NCBI GenBank assembly: GCA_040389905.1
Contig: JAZJZK010000020.1
Span: 1-64,000 of the forward strand
Source: Gemmatimonadota bacterium
GTDB lineage: Bacteria; Gemmatimonadota; Gemmatimonadetes; Gemmatimonadales; Gemmatimonadaceae
Direction: 5' to 3'
DNA length: 64,000 nucleotides
Shown here: positions 49,681 to 60,272 of the stretch, one piece after another
How positions within the stretch are numbered: the stretch's first letter is position 1
How the letters are laid out: each line of letters starts with the position of its first letter
Notes under the pieces: generated by a model
What the model saw: the letters and a program-made list of their open reading frames with translations, nothing else
Databases searched by the model: none
Told to the model about the DNA's origin: nothing
Program-made: the position numbers and the translations under genes

Positions 49681-51003
49681 CTACGTCATTTCGCTGAGCA
49701 CCTCGCACCACACCAGGAACGCCGAAAGCCGCAGGAGAAGTTCCCCGACGCGCGCGGCAATTCGTTCGTACGACGTGTCCGCGTGCGCGGCACGCTCTGG
49801 CACTCGGCCGAGCATCACGCCTTCGATCAGTGCGGCGACGCTCGCGTCCGCGTTCGGTGAGCAGACCACCGCTCCCAGGCGTGCCGCCTCCCGCGCGGTA
49901 GCGCCGTCCGGTTCGGTGATCACGAGCGTCCGCACGCCCAGCGCCACGCACTCGTAAAGCTTCGCAGGAATCTGAAGCGCCTGATTCTGTGCGAGCACCA
50001 GCGCGAGATGCGATCGACTGATTACGTCGAGTGCCTCATTGGTGGACACGATGCCAAGGGCGATCACGCTGTCCTGCAAGCCGAGGTTCTCGATCAGCTC
50101 CCTGAAGCGCACCGCGTGCGGGCCGTCCATGCTGCCCGCGACGCGAAGCGTGCACTGTCCGCGAAACGCAGGATATTTCTCAAAGAGCATGTGCATCGCT
50201 CGCAACACGACGCCGAAATCCCTGCCCACGTACACGGAGCCCGCATAGGCGATCGACAGCCCGGGGTACTTCTCCATCGCGGCGGGGCGGACGCGCTCGT
50301 AGTCAACGCCATTGGGGATCCACGCGACCTCCTTGTGAGGGAACCGGGCGCGAAGCGCTTCGCTGAACTCGCGCGTCGTCGCAACGAGGCAGCGCGCATT
50401 TCGGACCACGCACCGTTCCATCCAGGTGAGGAGCGCGGTGGAAGTAGGCCGAGTGTTGTCCTGCCAGATCCACGGGTCCCGCATGTCCACAACGTGCGCG
50501 ACGCGGCTTCCGATGGTGCAGGCCAGACCGGCAAGGTGCGTAGAGTGAGGTGGCCCAGTCGTCACCACCGCATCGAATCCCCGTTCGCGAAGCAGCCCTC
50601 TGGCAACCGACGCCGCGGCCACATTCCAACCTCGGCCATGATCGGGAAACGCCAACGCGCTGCCAGCAAGCTTTCGCACTGGGTTGAAGATCGCTGACCT
50701 CACACGGCTCGAAGCTGCAGTGCTGACCGCCAGTTGCGACGCGAGTGCGCGGTTGACTGGGGATGCGGAGGATCGGCGCCAGTCGGAATAGGCGTCGTTG
50801 AGGGTGCGGCGGCGGGAAACGGAATGCACGGTGATGCCGTCTTCCGGCGGCAGCGCTGCCGGCGGCGCGGCGGTCACCACGTCAACGACCCATCCCGAGC
50901 GTGCCAGGTATTTGGAGATGCCGGCCCACCGATACCCACCGACGGCGCCGTCAGGAGGAAAGTGGTACGACAGGATCAACAATCGCGGGCGAGTACCCTT
51001 CAC
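49681..51003 (-). CDS. Glycosyltransferase family 4
   Basis: LLILSYHFPP..GGYR, TTGPPHSTH, DMRDPW, IPNGVD, IPAKLYEC. Confidence 0.85.
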   Translation of the reverse strand: MKGTRPRLLILSYHFPPDGAVGGYRWAGISKYLARSGWVVDVVTAAPPAALPPEDGITVHSVSRRRTLNDAYSDWRRSSASPVNRALASQLAVSTAASSRVRSAIFNPVRKLAGSALAFPDHGRGWNVAAASVARGLLRERGFDAVVTTGPPHSTHLAGLACTIGSRVAHVVDMRDPWIWQDNTRPTSTALLTWMERCVVRNARCLVATTREFSEALRARFPHKEVAWIPNGVDYERVRPAAMEKYPGLSIAYAGSVYVGRDFGVVLRAMHMLFEKYPAFRGQCTLRVAGSMDGPHAVRFRELIENLGLQDSVIALGIVSTNEALDVISRSHLALVLAQNQALQIPAKLYECVALGVRTLVITEPDGATAREAARLGAVVCSPNADASVAALIEGVMLGRVPERAAHADTSYERIAARVGELLLRLSAFLVWCEVLSEMT

Positions 51004-51116
51004 TGCATCGTCGCGGCAAGGGTTCGCGACAGATGATTCGGTCGCGTTCCCACGAGCATCACCGGCATCGGCGCACGCACACTGGCAGCTCCTGTGTGTC
51101 GAAATTGAATTGACGT

Positions 51117-51330
51117 TTAACAATATCTCACAGCAGCCGCGCGGCAAAGGACGACCGCGCATGCGACCACGGTCCCGACAGAGCCCGCCGGAACGAGCAA
51201 TTGTCGCGACACGCCGTCGCGCGCGGCGCTCACGAACGCCAACGAGGAGAAGGGAAGATAGAGCCCGATTGCGGTGCCCAGGCCGGGCGACAGCTGCCGC
51301 GTGGCGATGGTGGGGATGATGTGAAAACAC
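51117..51330 (-). pseudogene. 3' fragment of an HXXEE-domain-like membrane protein
   Basis: HIIPTIATRQLSPGLGTAIGLYLP resembles the H..TI..R.YSPG..TA..LY.P C-terminal motif; N-terminus missing. Confidence 0.45.
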
Positions 51331-51426
51331 ACGCCGCTCGCCCAGTCGCCATGCTCGGAACCTCTCGCGGGAATCGAGTTTGCAAGTAACTTGATTTCGT
51401 ATCCAACCGTCAGGCGACCCCACCGC

Positions 51427-52956
51427 ATGCGGCTCTGTATCCCCTTCCTTCTCGCAGGGCTCGCCGCGCCCGTGGCGGCGCAGTCAGCGGACACCGTGCG
51501 CCGCGCGCCCGCAAGCAGCGTCAGCGGAGTCGTGCGCGACAGCATCGCGCGACAACCACTCGCCGGCGCGACGGTACAGATCGTCACCGCCGACAGCCTC
51601 GCGCGCGTCGCGCGAACGGTCATCTCCGACTCACTCGGCCGCTACACGTTCAGCGAGCTACCGCCGGGACGCTACACGCTCGGCTTCTTCCACACGATGC
51701 TCGATTCGCTTGGCCTGGAGCCAACCTTGCGCCAGGTGCATGTACCGGGCGATCGATCAGTGCATGCGGACCTCGCGATTCCCTCCGCAGAACGCATCCG
51801 CACGACAATCTGCGGCCCGCGGTCCGCGCTGGATTCCGCAGCCGTGCTGATCGGCGTTGTGCGGAGTGTGCGCGATGGCGCCCCCGCGGCTGGCGCGACG
51901 GTCACCGGTGAGTGGACAGAGCTCACCCTCAACCGAGCGCGCGTCGTACAACGCGTGCCACGGCTCGTTGCAACAACGGCCGAGAATGGCTGGTTTGCGA
52001 TGTGTGACGTGCCCAGCTCAGGGACGATGGCGCTGATGGCGCACCGCGGCGGAGATAGCACTGATGTCGTCGAGCTCCAGTTGCCACCCGGCGGATTCTT
52101 CCGACGCGAACTCTATCTCGGCTCAGCGGGGATAGTCGTGCCGGATGTGACGGAGCGTTCCGACTCACTCGCGCCGGCACCGCGCGCGGTCCGGAAAGGA
52201 AGCGGGCGGCTCACCGGCGTTGTGCTCGCGTCCGTTGATCGGCGACCGCTGCAAGGTGCTCGGGTGAACATTGCCGGAGGCGCGGAGACGACGTCGAACG
52301 AGCGCGGCGAGTTTACGCTGCTCGACGCGCCCGTGGGCACACGCATGCTGGAGGTGCGGGCGATCGGCTACTATCCGGAGCGGCGGCGCGTGGACGTTAT
52401 CGACGGCGCGCCGGCCGTGCGCCTCGAGCTTTCGACGCTCAAGGCCGTGCTCGACACGCTGCGAGTGACCGCCGTCCGGAACCGTCAGGACAACGGTTTC
52501 GCCCAGCGGCGGCGCTCCGGCATCGGCGTGTACCTGACGCCCACGGACATCGGACGGCACGCTCCACTCGAGGCGTCCCGCATCTTCACGACGGTTCGTG
52601 GCGTTCGCTTGACTGAACCACCGAACAGCCGCTTCATCATGCGCGGCATCACGTCGTTGTGGTGCGCCCCAACAGTCTATCTCGACGGCCACGCGATCTT
52701 CGATCTCTCCGCGGACGAGCTGAACGTCGCGGTACGCGTGGAAGAGATCGTCGGCATTGAGATCTACGCGGAGCCCGGCGGGATACCGGCGGGCTTCGCG
52801 CAGGGCCTTATGGGAGGGTTGGACATGAACGGCACGGGTGCCTCCGCGCTTCAGGCGGGAGCCGCGCAGTCGAGCCGCTCGCGCGCGCCGGAGCTGGAGG
52901 CCAGTGGCGTCGGGTCACGCGACCCATGCGGGAGCATCCTTGTCTGGACGCGGTAA
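51427..52956 (+). CDS. Secreted protein with carboxypeptidase-regulatory-like repeats and plug-like C-terminus
   Basis: VSGVVRDS..PLAGATV..SDSLGRY; GFAQRRRSGIG; C.PTVYLDG..GIEIY..CGSILVWTR. Confidence 0.8.
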   Translation: MRLCIPFLLAGLAAPVAAQSADTVRRAPASSVSGVVRDSIARQPLAGATVQIVTADSLARVARTVISDSLGRYTFSELPPGRYTLGFFHTMLDSLGLEPTLRQVHVPGDRSVHADLAIPSAERIRTTICGPRSALDSAAVLIGVVRSVRDGAPAAGATVTGEWTELTLNRARVVQRVPRLVATTAENGWFAMCDVPSSGTMALMAHRGGDSTDVVELQLPPGGFFRRELYLGSAGIVVPDVTERSDSLAPAPRAVRKGSGRLTGVVLASVDRRPLQGARVNIAGGAETTSNERGEFTLLDAPVGTRMLEVRAIGYYPERRRVDVIDGAPAVRLELSTLKAVLDTLRVTAVRNRQDNGFAQRRRSGIGVYLTPTDIGRHAPLEASRIFTTVRGVRLTEPPNSRFIMRGITSLWCAPTVYLDGHAIFDLSADELNVAVRVEEIVGIEIYAEPGGIPAGFAQGLMGGLDMNGTGASALQAGAAQSSRSRAPELEASGVGSRDPCGSILVWTR

Positions 52957-52993
52957 GCAGCAGCTATGCCCTCGCTTGGGGTGATAAGCGCTC

Positions 52994-54142
52994 TCATGGC
53001 CTCCGCGGCACCGCGAGCACGGCATCAAACGCCGGCTTCGGCTTGCGATCGCGCCCGAAGAGCAGCGGATAGTTCATGCGCCCCGGTATCGGATAGCCGT
53101 TCTTCCACGACGCACCATCGTGCACGCCCCAGAAGGTGACGCGGTCGATCTTGTCGCGCTTCTTGTAGAAGATGCCGAACAGTTCGGCGTAGCGATCCGC
53201 GAGCTGCTTCTGTACGTCCGGCGGTAGTCCGCCGCGATAGGGATCGAGGTACGTCTTGAATTCCTCGAGCTGGAACTGCGGGTCGCTCATGACCTGGCCG
53301 ATGATCTGTCCTTCTCGGGTCAGCGGAAGGACATCGACGTCCATTTCGGTGATCATGACCTTCATGCCGACGTTCGCGAAGGAATCGATTGCGGCCTCGA
53401 TGTACTCGGTCTTGGGAAAGTTCAGCCCCCAGTGGCCCTGCATGCCCACACCGTCGATGCGGATGCCTTCCTTCTTCAACATGCGCACCAGCCGGACGAT
53501 GCCATCGCGCTTGGTCGGACGCCACGCATTGAAGTCGTTGTAGTAGAGTTCCGTGCCGGGGGCGTACTGCTGGGCATACTTGAACGCGTACTTCACGAGC
53601 GTATCGCCATTGCCGATGGCGTTGACCCACGTCGTCTTGCGATACGACCCATCGTTGTCGATGACTTCGTTGACGACATCCCAGCCGCCGACGCGCCCCT
53701 TGTATCGACCGGCAACCGCCTCGATATAGCCGCGCAGACGCTCGAGCTGCACGTCGCTCGGATTTGGTTTGCCGTCCTTGTCCAGGAAAAACCACGCGGG
53801 CGTGGAGTTGTGCCACACCAACGTGTGGCCGACGACGAACATACCGTTCTTCTCGCCGAACTCCACATACGCATCGGCGGGGCCCCAGTTGAAGACGCCA
53901 GGCTGTGGGTTGATGGACTGGTGCTTCATGACGTTTTCCGGCGAGATCGTATTGAACTGCTTCAACACGATGTTCCGCGTAGCGGTGTCGTTGCCCGAGA
54001 TCACGCCCGGGTTCAGCGCACTGCCGATGAGAAATGCATCGCGGTACGCGTCTTTCAGCGTAGCCCCCTGGGCGTTCACGGTGCTCGCGCTGGCAGCGAC
54101 GAACATCGCGATGCACGCGTGGAGAAGTCGGCTCTTCATCAT
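52994..54142 (-). CDS. GH10 endo-1,4-beta-xylanase
   Basis: SPENVMK, GHTLVWH, WDVVNE, LYYNDFN, GVGMQGH, ITEMDV, VTFWG. Confidence 0.92.
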   Translation of the reverse strand: MMKSRLLHACIAMFVAASASTVNAQGATLKDAYRDAFLIGSALNPGVISGNDTATRNIVLKQFNTISPENVMKHQSINPQPGVFNWGPADAYVEFGEKNGMFVVGHTLVWHNSTPAWFFLDKDGKPNPSDVQLERLRGYIEAVAGRYKGRVGGWDVVNEVIDNDGSYRKTTWVNAIGNGDTLVKYAFKYAQQYAPGTELYYNDFNAWRPTKRDGIVRLVRMLKKEGIRIDGVGMQGHWGLNFPKTEYIEAAIDSFANVGMKVMITEMDVDVLPLTREGQIIGQVMSDPQFQLEEFKTYLDPYRGGLPPDVQKQLADRYAELFGIFYKKRDKIDRVTFWGVHDGASWKNGYPIPGRMNYPLLFGRDRKPKPAFDAVLAVPRRP

Positions 54143-54406
54143 CGGCAGCATTATTGAGGGTCCAGCGAGCAACGGATTCGCTAAGCTAGGCGCCAATGCC
54201 GCGCGAGCAAGTCATCCGGTTTTCTGCACAGTACTGCGATCGAGCAGGTGCAGGCCCTTCGCTTCGCTCAAGGGCGACAAACAGACGGAACGACAACTGA
54301 TCGAGGAGCGGATTTCTCGAATGCAACGGAAACAACCAGCTCACGCGCTGAGAGAAACAGATTCGGCTGGCCGCGATGGGTTGCGCCTTGCGGCTTCCCT
54401 CGATCG

Positions 54407-54563
54407 GAAGCGAAGTCGCGCCTCTCGGAGCTCGTACAGCGTGCTGCTCGTGGTGAGGAGATCATTATCGCTCGGAACGGACGATTTCGACGCGCCCCTA
54501 CCGCCGAACGTCCTCGCCGCATTCGAGGGAGGCGATGCTTGAAACCGCTGTTTACTTGACACG
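54407..54563 (+). pseudogene. Collapsed Phd/YefM antitoxin and PIN toxin (vapBC-like) remnant
   Basis: EAKSRLSELVQRAARGEEIIIARNG joined out of frame to DDFDAPLP..AAFEG*, then a TTG start and an LLDT-like PIN beginning. Confidence 0.65.
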
Positions 54564-54609
54564 GGTGCGCTGCAGCGGCTTCAGGCATTTCGACAGCCTG
54601 GACTGCCTG

Positions 54610-54821
54610 AACCCCATGGGAACGCGGATTGAGCGGATCTGAACCGAAAAACGGAGATTTGCTCTGCGACCATGGCGACTGGCTCGCACCAACACCGGCC
54701 GATGCACCAGCACAGAACTGACCTTTGAATGCGATGGGCTGGCCTCGGGTCTCCGAAACCAGCCCGTGTGCTCTATCGTTTTTCTTCTTTTCCATCCGCT
54801 CAATCCGCGTTCACTGGGGTT
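54610..54821. repeat. Inverted-repeat element with GAACGCGGATTGAGCGGAT arms (MITE-like)
   Basis: Perfect 19-bp IR 54620-54638 / 54794-54812 plus AACCCC/GGGGTT outer pairing. Confidence 0.8.
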
Positions 54822-54867
54822 GCAGTTGCGGTTAGACCGCAGCCGACCGGACCACTATCTTCTGCAC

Positions 54868-55788
54868 ATGACAAATCTCGCTCGAAGGGTGCTAGCAGGC
54901 GTCGCACTGACAGTGGTCGCGGCGGCACCCGCACGCGCACAGGCCGCGCGCCTCACCGTTACTGCAGATGATGGCCACTCGCTTGTGGTATGGGAGAGGC
55001 ATCCGGCCGGCGCACCGCGCGGCGAGATCATCCTGCTACACGGCCGCACGTGGAGCGCGCGCCCCAACTTCGACCTGCGCGTGCCGGGAAAGAACGTCTC
55101 GCTGATCGATGCGCTCGTCGCGCGCGGGTACGCCGTGTACGCACTCGACCAACGCGGCTATGGCGCGACGGCACGCGACAAGACCGGTTGGCTCACGCCC
55201 GATCGCGCGGAAAAGGACGCCGAGAACGTGGCCGATTGGGTCGCGGCGCGTGCGCCGGACAAGCGCAAACCCGCGCTCTTTGGTTACTCGCGCGGATCGG
55301 CAACGGTGATGCTCGCCGCGCAGCGGCATCCAGCGAAAGTGTCCGGCTTGATCCTGTACGGTTTCTACTACGACATCACCGGCACACCCGATCTCATCGT
55401 GGAACCGTCGAAGCCACCTCGCGAGCGCACGACGAAGGAAGGTGCCGCCGAGGACTTCATCACACCGGATTCAACTCCGGCCGGCGTGAAGGAGGCGTAC
55501 ATCAGAAGCGCGACAACGCTCGATCCCGTTCGCGTGGACTGGCGGCGCGAGGAGCAGTTCAGGGCACTTGATCCGGCGAAGGTGCATACGCCGACGCTCG
55601 TCATCAACGGCGAGCGTGATCCCTATGCGAAGGACGCCAACATCCCGGCCTTTCTCGCGAAGCTGGGAACGATAGACCACTGGTGGATCGTTCTCGCGAG
55701 TGCGGATCACGTCGCGCACCTCGAGCGACAGGCTGCCTTCGTTCAGGCACTCGTTTCCTTCATGGAGCGCGACGGGAAGCCCCGGTAA
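54868..55788 (+). CDS. Secreted alpha/beta hydrolase
   Basis: LLHG, ALDQRGYG, GYSRG nucleophile elbow, GERD, ADHVAHLE. Confidence 0.85.
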   Translation: MTNLARRVLAGVALTVVAAAPARAQAARLTVTADDGHSLVVWERHPAGAPRGEIILLHGRTWSARPNFDLRVPGKNVSLIDALVARGYAVYALDQRGYGATARDKTGWLTPDRAEKDAENVADWVAARAPDKRKPALFGYSRGSATVMLAAQRHPAKVSGLILYGFYYDITGTPDLIVEPSKPPRERTTKEGAAEDFITPDSTPAGVKEAYIRSATTLDPVRVDWRREEQFRALDPAKVHTPTLVINGERDPYAKDANIPAFLAKLGTIDHWWIVLASADHVAHLERQAAFVQALVSFMERDGKPR

Positions 55789-56242
55789 AGGGATCTCGGC
55801 AAATCGGACAGGGACCCAATCGCGGCTCGACGCCAAGTGAGAGGGTCACGGGCCCTCGCACGAGGGTCTGGTGGGCGACCGTATCGTTGATGGTCGCGGT
55901 AATCGTCACCGTCTTGGCGCTGGCGTGTCCCGTGAATTGCGCAGGAACGGCGGGGCCGACCTGGATGGGATACGCGCGAACCACGTAACTGCCGGCGACG
56001 CTGAAGTTGCCCTGCGCATCGGCGTTCAGCTTTCCGGAGATGTCACCGAAGGTGCAGCCGACGTGCAGATGGAGCGCGGTGTCGCCAACGATCAGGCCGC
56101 CGCTGTCGCCGCCCCATGTCCCCTCGGCCAACTCACCGGTAAAGGCGGCGTCACTTGTGTCGCTCGCCGAGCACGCCAGCGCGAGTACGATGGCGAGCGC
56201 AACGGCGAGGGTGGCTGGGGCGACTGGGTTGATGCGCTTCAT
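55760..56242 (-). CDS. Hypothetical lipoprotein
   Basis: Lipobox LAC; GTWGG..GC..G; C-terminal CPIC. Confidence 0.7.
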   Translation of the reverse strand: MKRINPVAPATLAVALAIVLALACSASDTSDAAFTGELAEGTWGGDSGGLIVGDTALHLHVGCTFGDISGKLNADAQGNFSVAGSYVVRAYPIQVGPAVPAQFTGHASAKTVTITATINDTVAHQTLVRGPVTLSLGVEPRLGPCPICRDPFTGASRRAP

Positions 56243-56291
56243 GTTGGACTCCCTGATGACACACTGCCCAACCTCGTTCACCCAGCAACCG

Positions 56292-56876
56292 TCACTCGGT
56301 CGCGCTACCGGTCTGATGCTTTCGGCGAACGAGCACGAACGTCGTGGCATTGTCGGCGCGATCCTCGAGCCCTTCAGCGATGACGACCAGCCCAAATAGC
56401 CTGGCGGCCCATGCTCCTGCGATCGCCGCCACCGTTCGATCTCGGCGAATAGCGACTAGTCGTGCGGCGCCGGCCGTGTCGTGCGCTTCGACGGCTTCGA
56501 TCGCTGGATGTTCGGCCAGAAAGCGTTTGCACTGGAGCAGGGCCATTTGATGGCTGAGCACTTGACGCACGTCGTCGAGCTCCGTGCCCGGTAAACCGAG
56601 CAGCGCGAGGCGAACAGGAAATTGCAGTTCGCGGACCTGTTCGATGGACGTGAAGAGTGACATCGCGTCGATCGACGCATGCACCGGTCCGGCGATGGAA
56701 TTCCGGACCGGCATGACCGCGTAGTCGGCGTGCCCATTCACGACCGCGCGCACGGCGTCATCGAATGTGGCACACGGAAGCAACGTTATCGGCCCTTCCA
56801 CCAATTGCGCTGCCGCGGCCTCGCTGAACGCGCCGCTCTCACCCTGGAATGCGACGATGGGGACGACAGGGCTCAC
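56292..56876 (-). CDS. pheA: Prephenate dehydratase (catalytic domain only)
   Basis: VAFQGESGAFSE, PVRNSIAG, SHQMALLQC, DTAGAA, EDRADNATTF; no ACT domain. Confidence 0.75.
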   Translation of the reverse strand: MSPVVPIVAFQGESGAFSEAAAAQLVEGPITLLPCATFDDAVRAVVNGHADYAVMPVRNSIAGPVHASIDAMSLFTSIEQVRELQFPVRLALLGLPGTELDDVRQVLSHQMALLQCKRFLAEHPAIEAVEAHDTAGAARLVAIRRDRTVAAIAGAWAARLFGLVVIAEGLEDRADNATTFVLVRRKHQTGSATE

Positions 56877-58564
56877 GGCGCGCGATCGACGACGAGTGGA
56901 ATGACCGTCAGGCGACCGGTCACTGGCATGCGGAGAACTGGTAGGTCGCGGCCAGACAGCCTCGCTCGGATCGTGACGCCTGTCTCGAGCCGAGGCGCAC
57001 AGAATTGAAAGAGACCGTTGGTACCCGTCGTGTATCCGCCGATGAGATGGGGAAGCGCGGCCGGCTCACCGCGCTCTTCGATGACGCCCGTTTGCGAGGG
57101 CTCCGTGAACGCGGAGATTTGCACATCGCCAACGAGATTCCCCTTCCGATCGATGGCGCGTCCGAGCACGAAGATGGAGTCGCCAACAGTGTACCGCTTG
57201 TCGCTGAGGCACTTGAGAGCGACGGCTTCTTCGACCGTCTGAATCTTGATGGAATCACGAACCGTCGTGCCGTTTACGGCGAGGAAGTTGTAGGACGTGG
57301 GCAGATCGAAACGAATGGGCTCGAGTCGCGGGTCCACGACGGCGAGCGTGTATGGGCCGTTGACGAGATCCGACAGTTCGAGGAAGCCGGCTGAGTCTAC
57401 CGTCGCACGATACGGCGTATCGGGGATTCTCACGACCGTGCCGGCTGCCGGCTTGCCGTTCGACGTTCGCACGTGTGCCCGCAGCTTCCCGAGGTCCGCG
57501 TGCCACGTTCGTCCATCGGGCCATGTGGCGTGCGCCACAAGTCCACCTCGTTGATAGGCATACAGCCGCTCGACGGTGGGGGTGTTCCTGAACGTCGAGT
57601 CGTAGTGCGCACCGATCAGGCGCATCGACCAGTTGTCGATCATACTGACCGTCGACAGATCGCGGAATGCCACCAAACCGCCGGGATCGAGACGATCGAT
57701 GCGGGAGGGAAAGCCCGCATACCGATACGTCATGTCGCCGATCGAACGCTTGGCGGTGTCGATCCAGATGACGCCGTCGACGTCGATGCGGTTGCGCTTC
57801 GATTCAGCCGCCACAAACCCCAGTCCCACCTGATTGGGACGCGCGCGCTCTGCATCGACGATGCGGAAGCAGTAGCCGAGTGTGAATTCGTCGTCGAGCA
57901 ACACGTCGGCATCCGGCACGAAGAACCACTGCGCATTGGCGTCGTCGCGCATGAAGCCGCGCGTGATGAACTCACCCGCCGTGTAAGCCGCCTGGTACGA
58001 TTTCGGTGCGCGCTCGAGCGAGTCTCTGCGAACGTTCTGCGATGAGATCCTGTCGCTCGTACCGTCCATCTCGCGCTCGAAGTCATACAGGATCAACATC
58101 GGCGGATCGGACTCGCGCTGGACGACACTGGTGAGGAGGCCGGCGCGCGTCTGCTCGAGCAGGGCGGCGGTTGCCCGCTCGTCCTTCCGGCGTGGACAAT
58201 GTGCGTTGGCGAATGTGCGAACGGGCTCGAGGATCGTGGCGAGCCACGCGAGTGTCAGATTCAACTCCGTTACGGTGCCGGCCATTGCGGGCAACGTGAT
58301 GTTCCGCGGCCGGAAGCCAAGACGAACAATCCTGCCGCGCCGCGCCGCGCCCAGAAACGGGATCTGGTAGACACCGACCTCGTTCGACACGCCGCGCATG
58401 ATCGTGGTGCCTGCGGAGTCGATCAGCGAGACGACCGCGCCCATGATTGGCCGCCCGCTGGCGCTGTCGCGTACAACCCCGCGCAGCTGCTGCGCGCTCG
58501 CGTCCACTCCGTTGGAGAGGGCCATTGCAACGACGACGAAGGCGGTCCGGCGAACGAGATGCAT
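56873..58564 (-). CDS. Secreted carboxypeptidase-regulatory-like domain protein, paralog 3
   Basis: AQQLRGVVRDSAS, RLGFRP, PDADVLLDDEF..GYCF, DVDGVIWIDT. Confidence 0.8.
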   Translation of the reverse strand: MHLVRRTAFVVVAMALSNGVDASAQQLRGVVRDSASGRPIMGAVVSLIDSAGTTIMRGVSNEVGVYQIPFLGAARRGRIVRLGFRPRNITLPAMAGTVTELNLTLAWLATILEPVRTFANAHCPRRKDERATAALLEQTRAGLLTSVVQRESDPPMLILYDFEREMDGTSDRISSQNVRRDSLERAPKSYQAAYTAGEFITRGFMRDDANAQWFFVPDADVLLDDEFTLGYCFRIVDAERARPNQVGLGFVAAESKRNRIDVDGVIWIDTAKRSIGDMTYRYAGFPSRIDRLDPGGLVAFRDLSTVSMIDNWSMRLIGAHYDSTFRNTPTVERLYAYQRGGLVAHATWPDGRTWHADLGKLRAHVRTSNGKPAAGTVVRIPDTPYRATVDSAGFLELSDLVNGPYTLAVVDPRLEPIRFDLPTSYNFLAVNGTTVRDSIKIQTVEEAVALKCLSDKRYTVGDSIFVLGRAIDRKGNLVGDVQISAFTEPSQTGVIEERGEPAALPHLIGGYTTGTNGLFQFCAPRLETGVTIRARLSGRDLPVLRMPVTGRLTVIPLVVDRAP

Positions 58565-58574
58565 GGTGACAGTC

Positions 58575-60266
58575 TTAGGGATTTGGCTCGATCACAAGTG
58601 GAACGATCGTCAAGTGGCCTGTCACGGGCAACCGGCGCGTGGGTGCCTTCCACTTCTCCTTGCGAGCATGCGCCGTGATCGTCGCGTCGAGCTTTGCGCC
58701 GCAGAACTCGAAAATGCCGTCCGTTCCAGTCGGAAACCCGCCGACGAACCGCCCACTCAAGGTCTGCTTCGTTCGCATGGCGTGAACCGGTAGTGCGTCG
58801 GTGGTGACAGTAACATCGACTTCGGGAACCGGTAGTCCGCGCAGATCGAATATCCGCCCGAACACGAGCGTGGTATCGACCGAGACGAATTGGCGAGTGT
58901 CCTCGCACCGTGCAATTGCCCACTCTTCCGCCGTCTGGATTCTGAGCACTCCAGCGTGTGTGGAGTCATTTGCCGCGAGGAAATCGAACGTCGTCGGAAT
59001 GTCCAGGTTGAGCGGTGCAAGACGCGGGTCGATCACCAGCAACGAATACCGCCCGCTGATGAGATCATCGATGGCGAACATGCCACTCGAATCGACGACC
59101 GCGCGATAGGGCGTATACGGCATATACATCTCCGTTCCCGCTGGAATCCGTCCTTCGGACCCGCGCACGTGGAGACGCAGTTTGCCGAGTGGTGCGTGCC
59201 AGGCGCGACCATCGGACCAGGTCGCGTGAGCGACCTGCCCTCCTTTCTCGAAGGCGAACAACGTTTCCTCGATCCTCGGAGCGTATCCTCCAGCGAAGCG
59301 CACCGTGTCGTAACGCGCTCCAATGATCCGCATCGTCCAGGTGTCGATCAGCGTCTGGCCGTCGGTCAACTCGCGAAAGTTGATCCTCCCGCCGGGATCG
59401 AGCGTCTGGATGCGCCACGGAAACCCGACGTAGCGGTAGTCGATGTCGCGCAGCTCGCGCGCCGCCGTATCGATCCACACCGCTCCGTCGATATCGATGC
59501 GGTCGCGGCGGGAATCCGCCGCGCGGAACCCAAGCCCAATCTGTCGCGGACGCGCTTTCGCCGGATCCATGATCCGAAAGCAATAGCCGAGTGTGAATTG
59601 ATCGTCGAGCAGCACTTCGGCGTCTGGCGCGAAGTACCGCGGGCCTGTGTCCTCGTTCTGCATGAAACCGCGCGTGAGAAAGTCCGTCGCCGAATACACG
59701 GCGACAAACGATCGCGGCACGGCGCCGACGGAGTCGCGGCGGACATCCTGAAACTTGATGCGAGAGCTCGTGCCCTCCATGTTGCGCTCGACATTGTACA
59801 GGATGAGCGACGGCGGATCCGACTCGCGCTGGACGACGCTCGTGAGCAGCCCGGCGCGCGCTTGTTCGAGGAGGGCCTGCGTCGCGGCGGCATCACGGCG
59901 ACGCGGGCAATGCGGATTGGCAAGCGCCACCACCGGCTCGAGGAGCGTCGGCAGCCAGGTAAGGGAGAGATTGAGCTCGGTCACCGTGCCCGTCTTCCCG
60001 GGCAGCCGGATGTCGCGCGGCCGGTATCCGAGTCGCACGACGCGTCCGCGTCGCGCATCGCCTAGAAAGGGAATGTCGTAGATGCCATGCGCGTTCGAGA
60101 CGCCACGCATGATTGGCTTGCCAACAGAGTCGAACAGGGTGATGACCGCGCCGGTGACAGGGCGACGGCTCGCGCTGTCACGAACAGTACCGCGCAGCTG
60201 CTGGGCGCCGACAGGAACTGACGCGGCAAGCATACTGGCACACACCACAATCAGAAGTTTCCGCAT
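58575..60266 (-). CDS. Secreted carboxypeptidase-regulatory-like domain protein, paralog 2
   Basis: Colinear with both neighbours. Confidence 0.8.
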   Translation of the reverse strand: MRKLLIVVCASMLAASVPVGAQQLRGTVRDSASRRPVTGAVITLFDSVGKPIMRGVSNAHGIYDIPFLGDARRGRVVRLGYRPRDIRLPGKTGTVTELNLSLTWLPTLLEPVVALANPHCPRRRDAAATQALLEQARAGLLTSVVQRESDPPSLILYNVERNMEGTSSRIKFQDVRRDSVGAVPRSFVAVYSATDFLTRGFMQNEDTGPRYFAPDAEVLLDDQFTLGYCFRIMDPAKARPRQIGLGFRAADSRRDRIDIDGAVWIDTAARELRDIDYRYVGFPWRIQTLDPGGRINFRELTDGQTLIDTWTMRIIGARYDTVRFAGGYAPRIEETLFAFEKGGQVAHATWSDGRAWHAPLGKLRLHVRGSEGRIPAGTEMYMPYTPYRAVVDSSGMFAIDDLISGRYSLLVIDPRLAPLNLDIPTTFDFLAANDSTHAGVLRIQTAEEWAIARCEDTRQFVSVDTTLVFGRIFDLRGLPVPEVDVTVTTDALPVHAMRTKQTLSGRFVGGFPTGTDGIFEFCGAKLDATITAHARKEKWKAPTRRLPVTGHLTIVPLVIEPNP

Positions 60267-60272
60267 GTCGGG

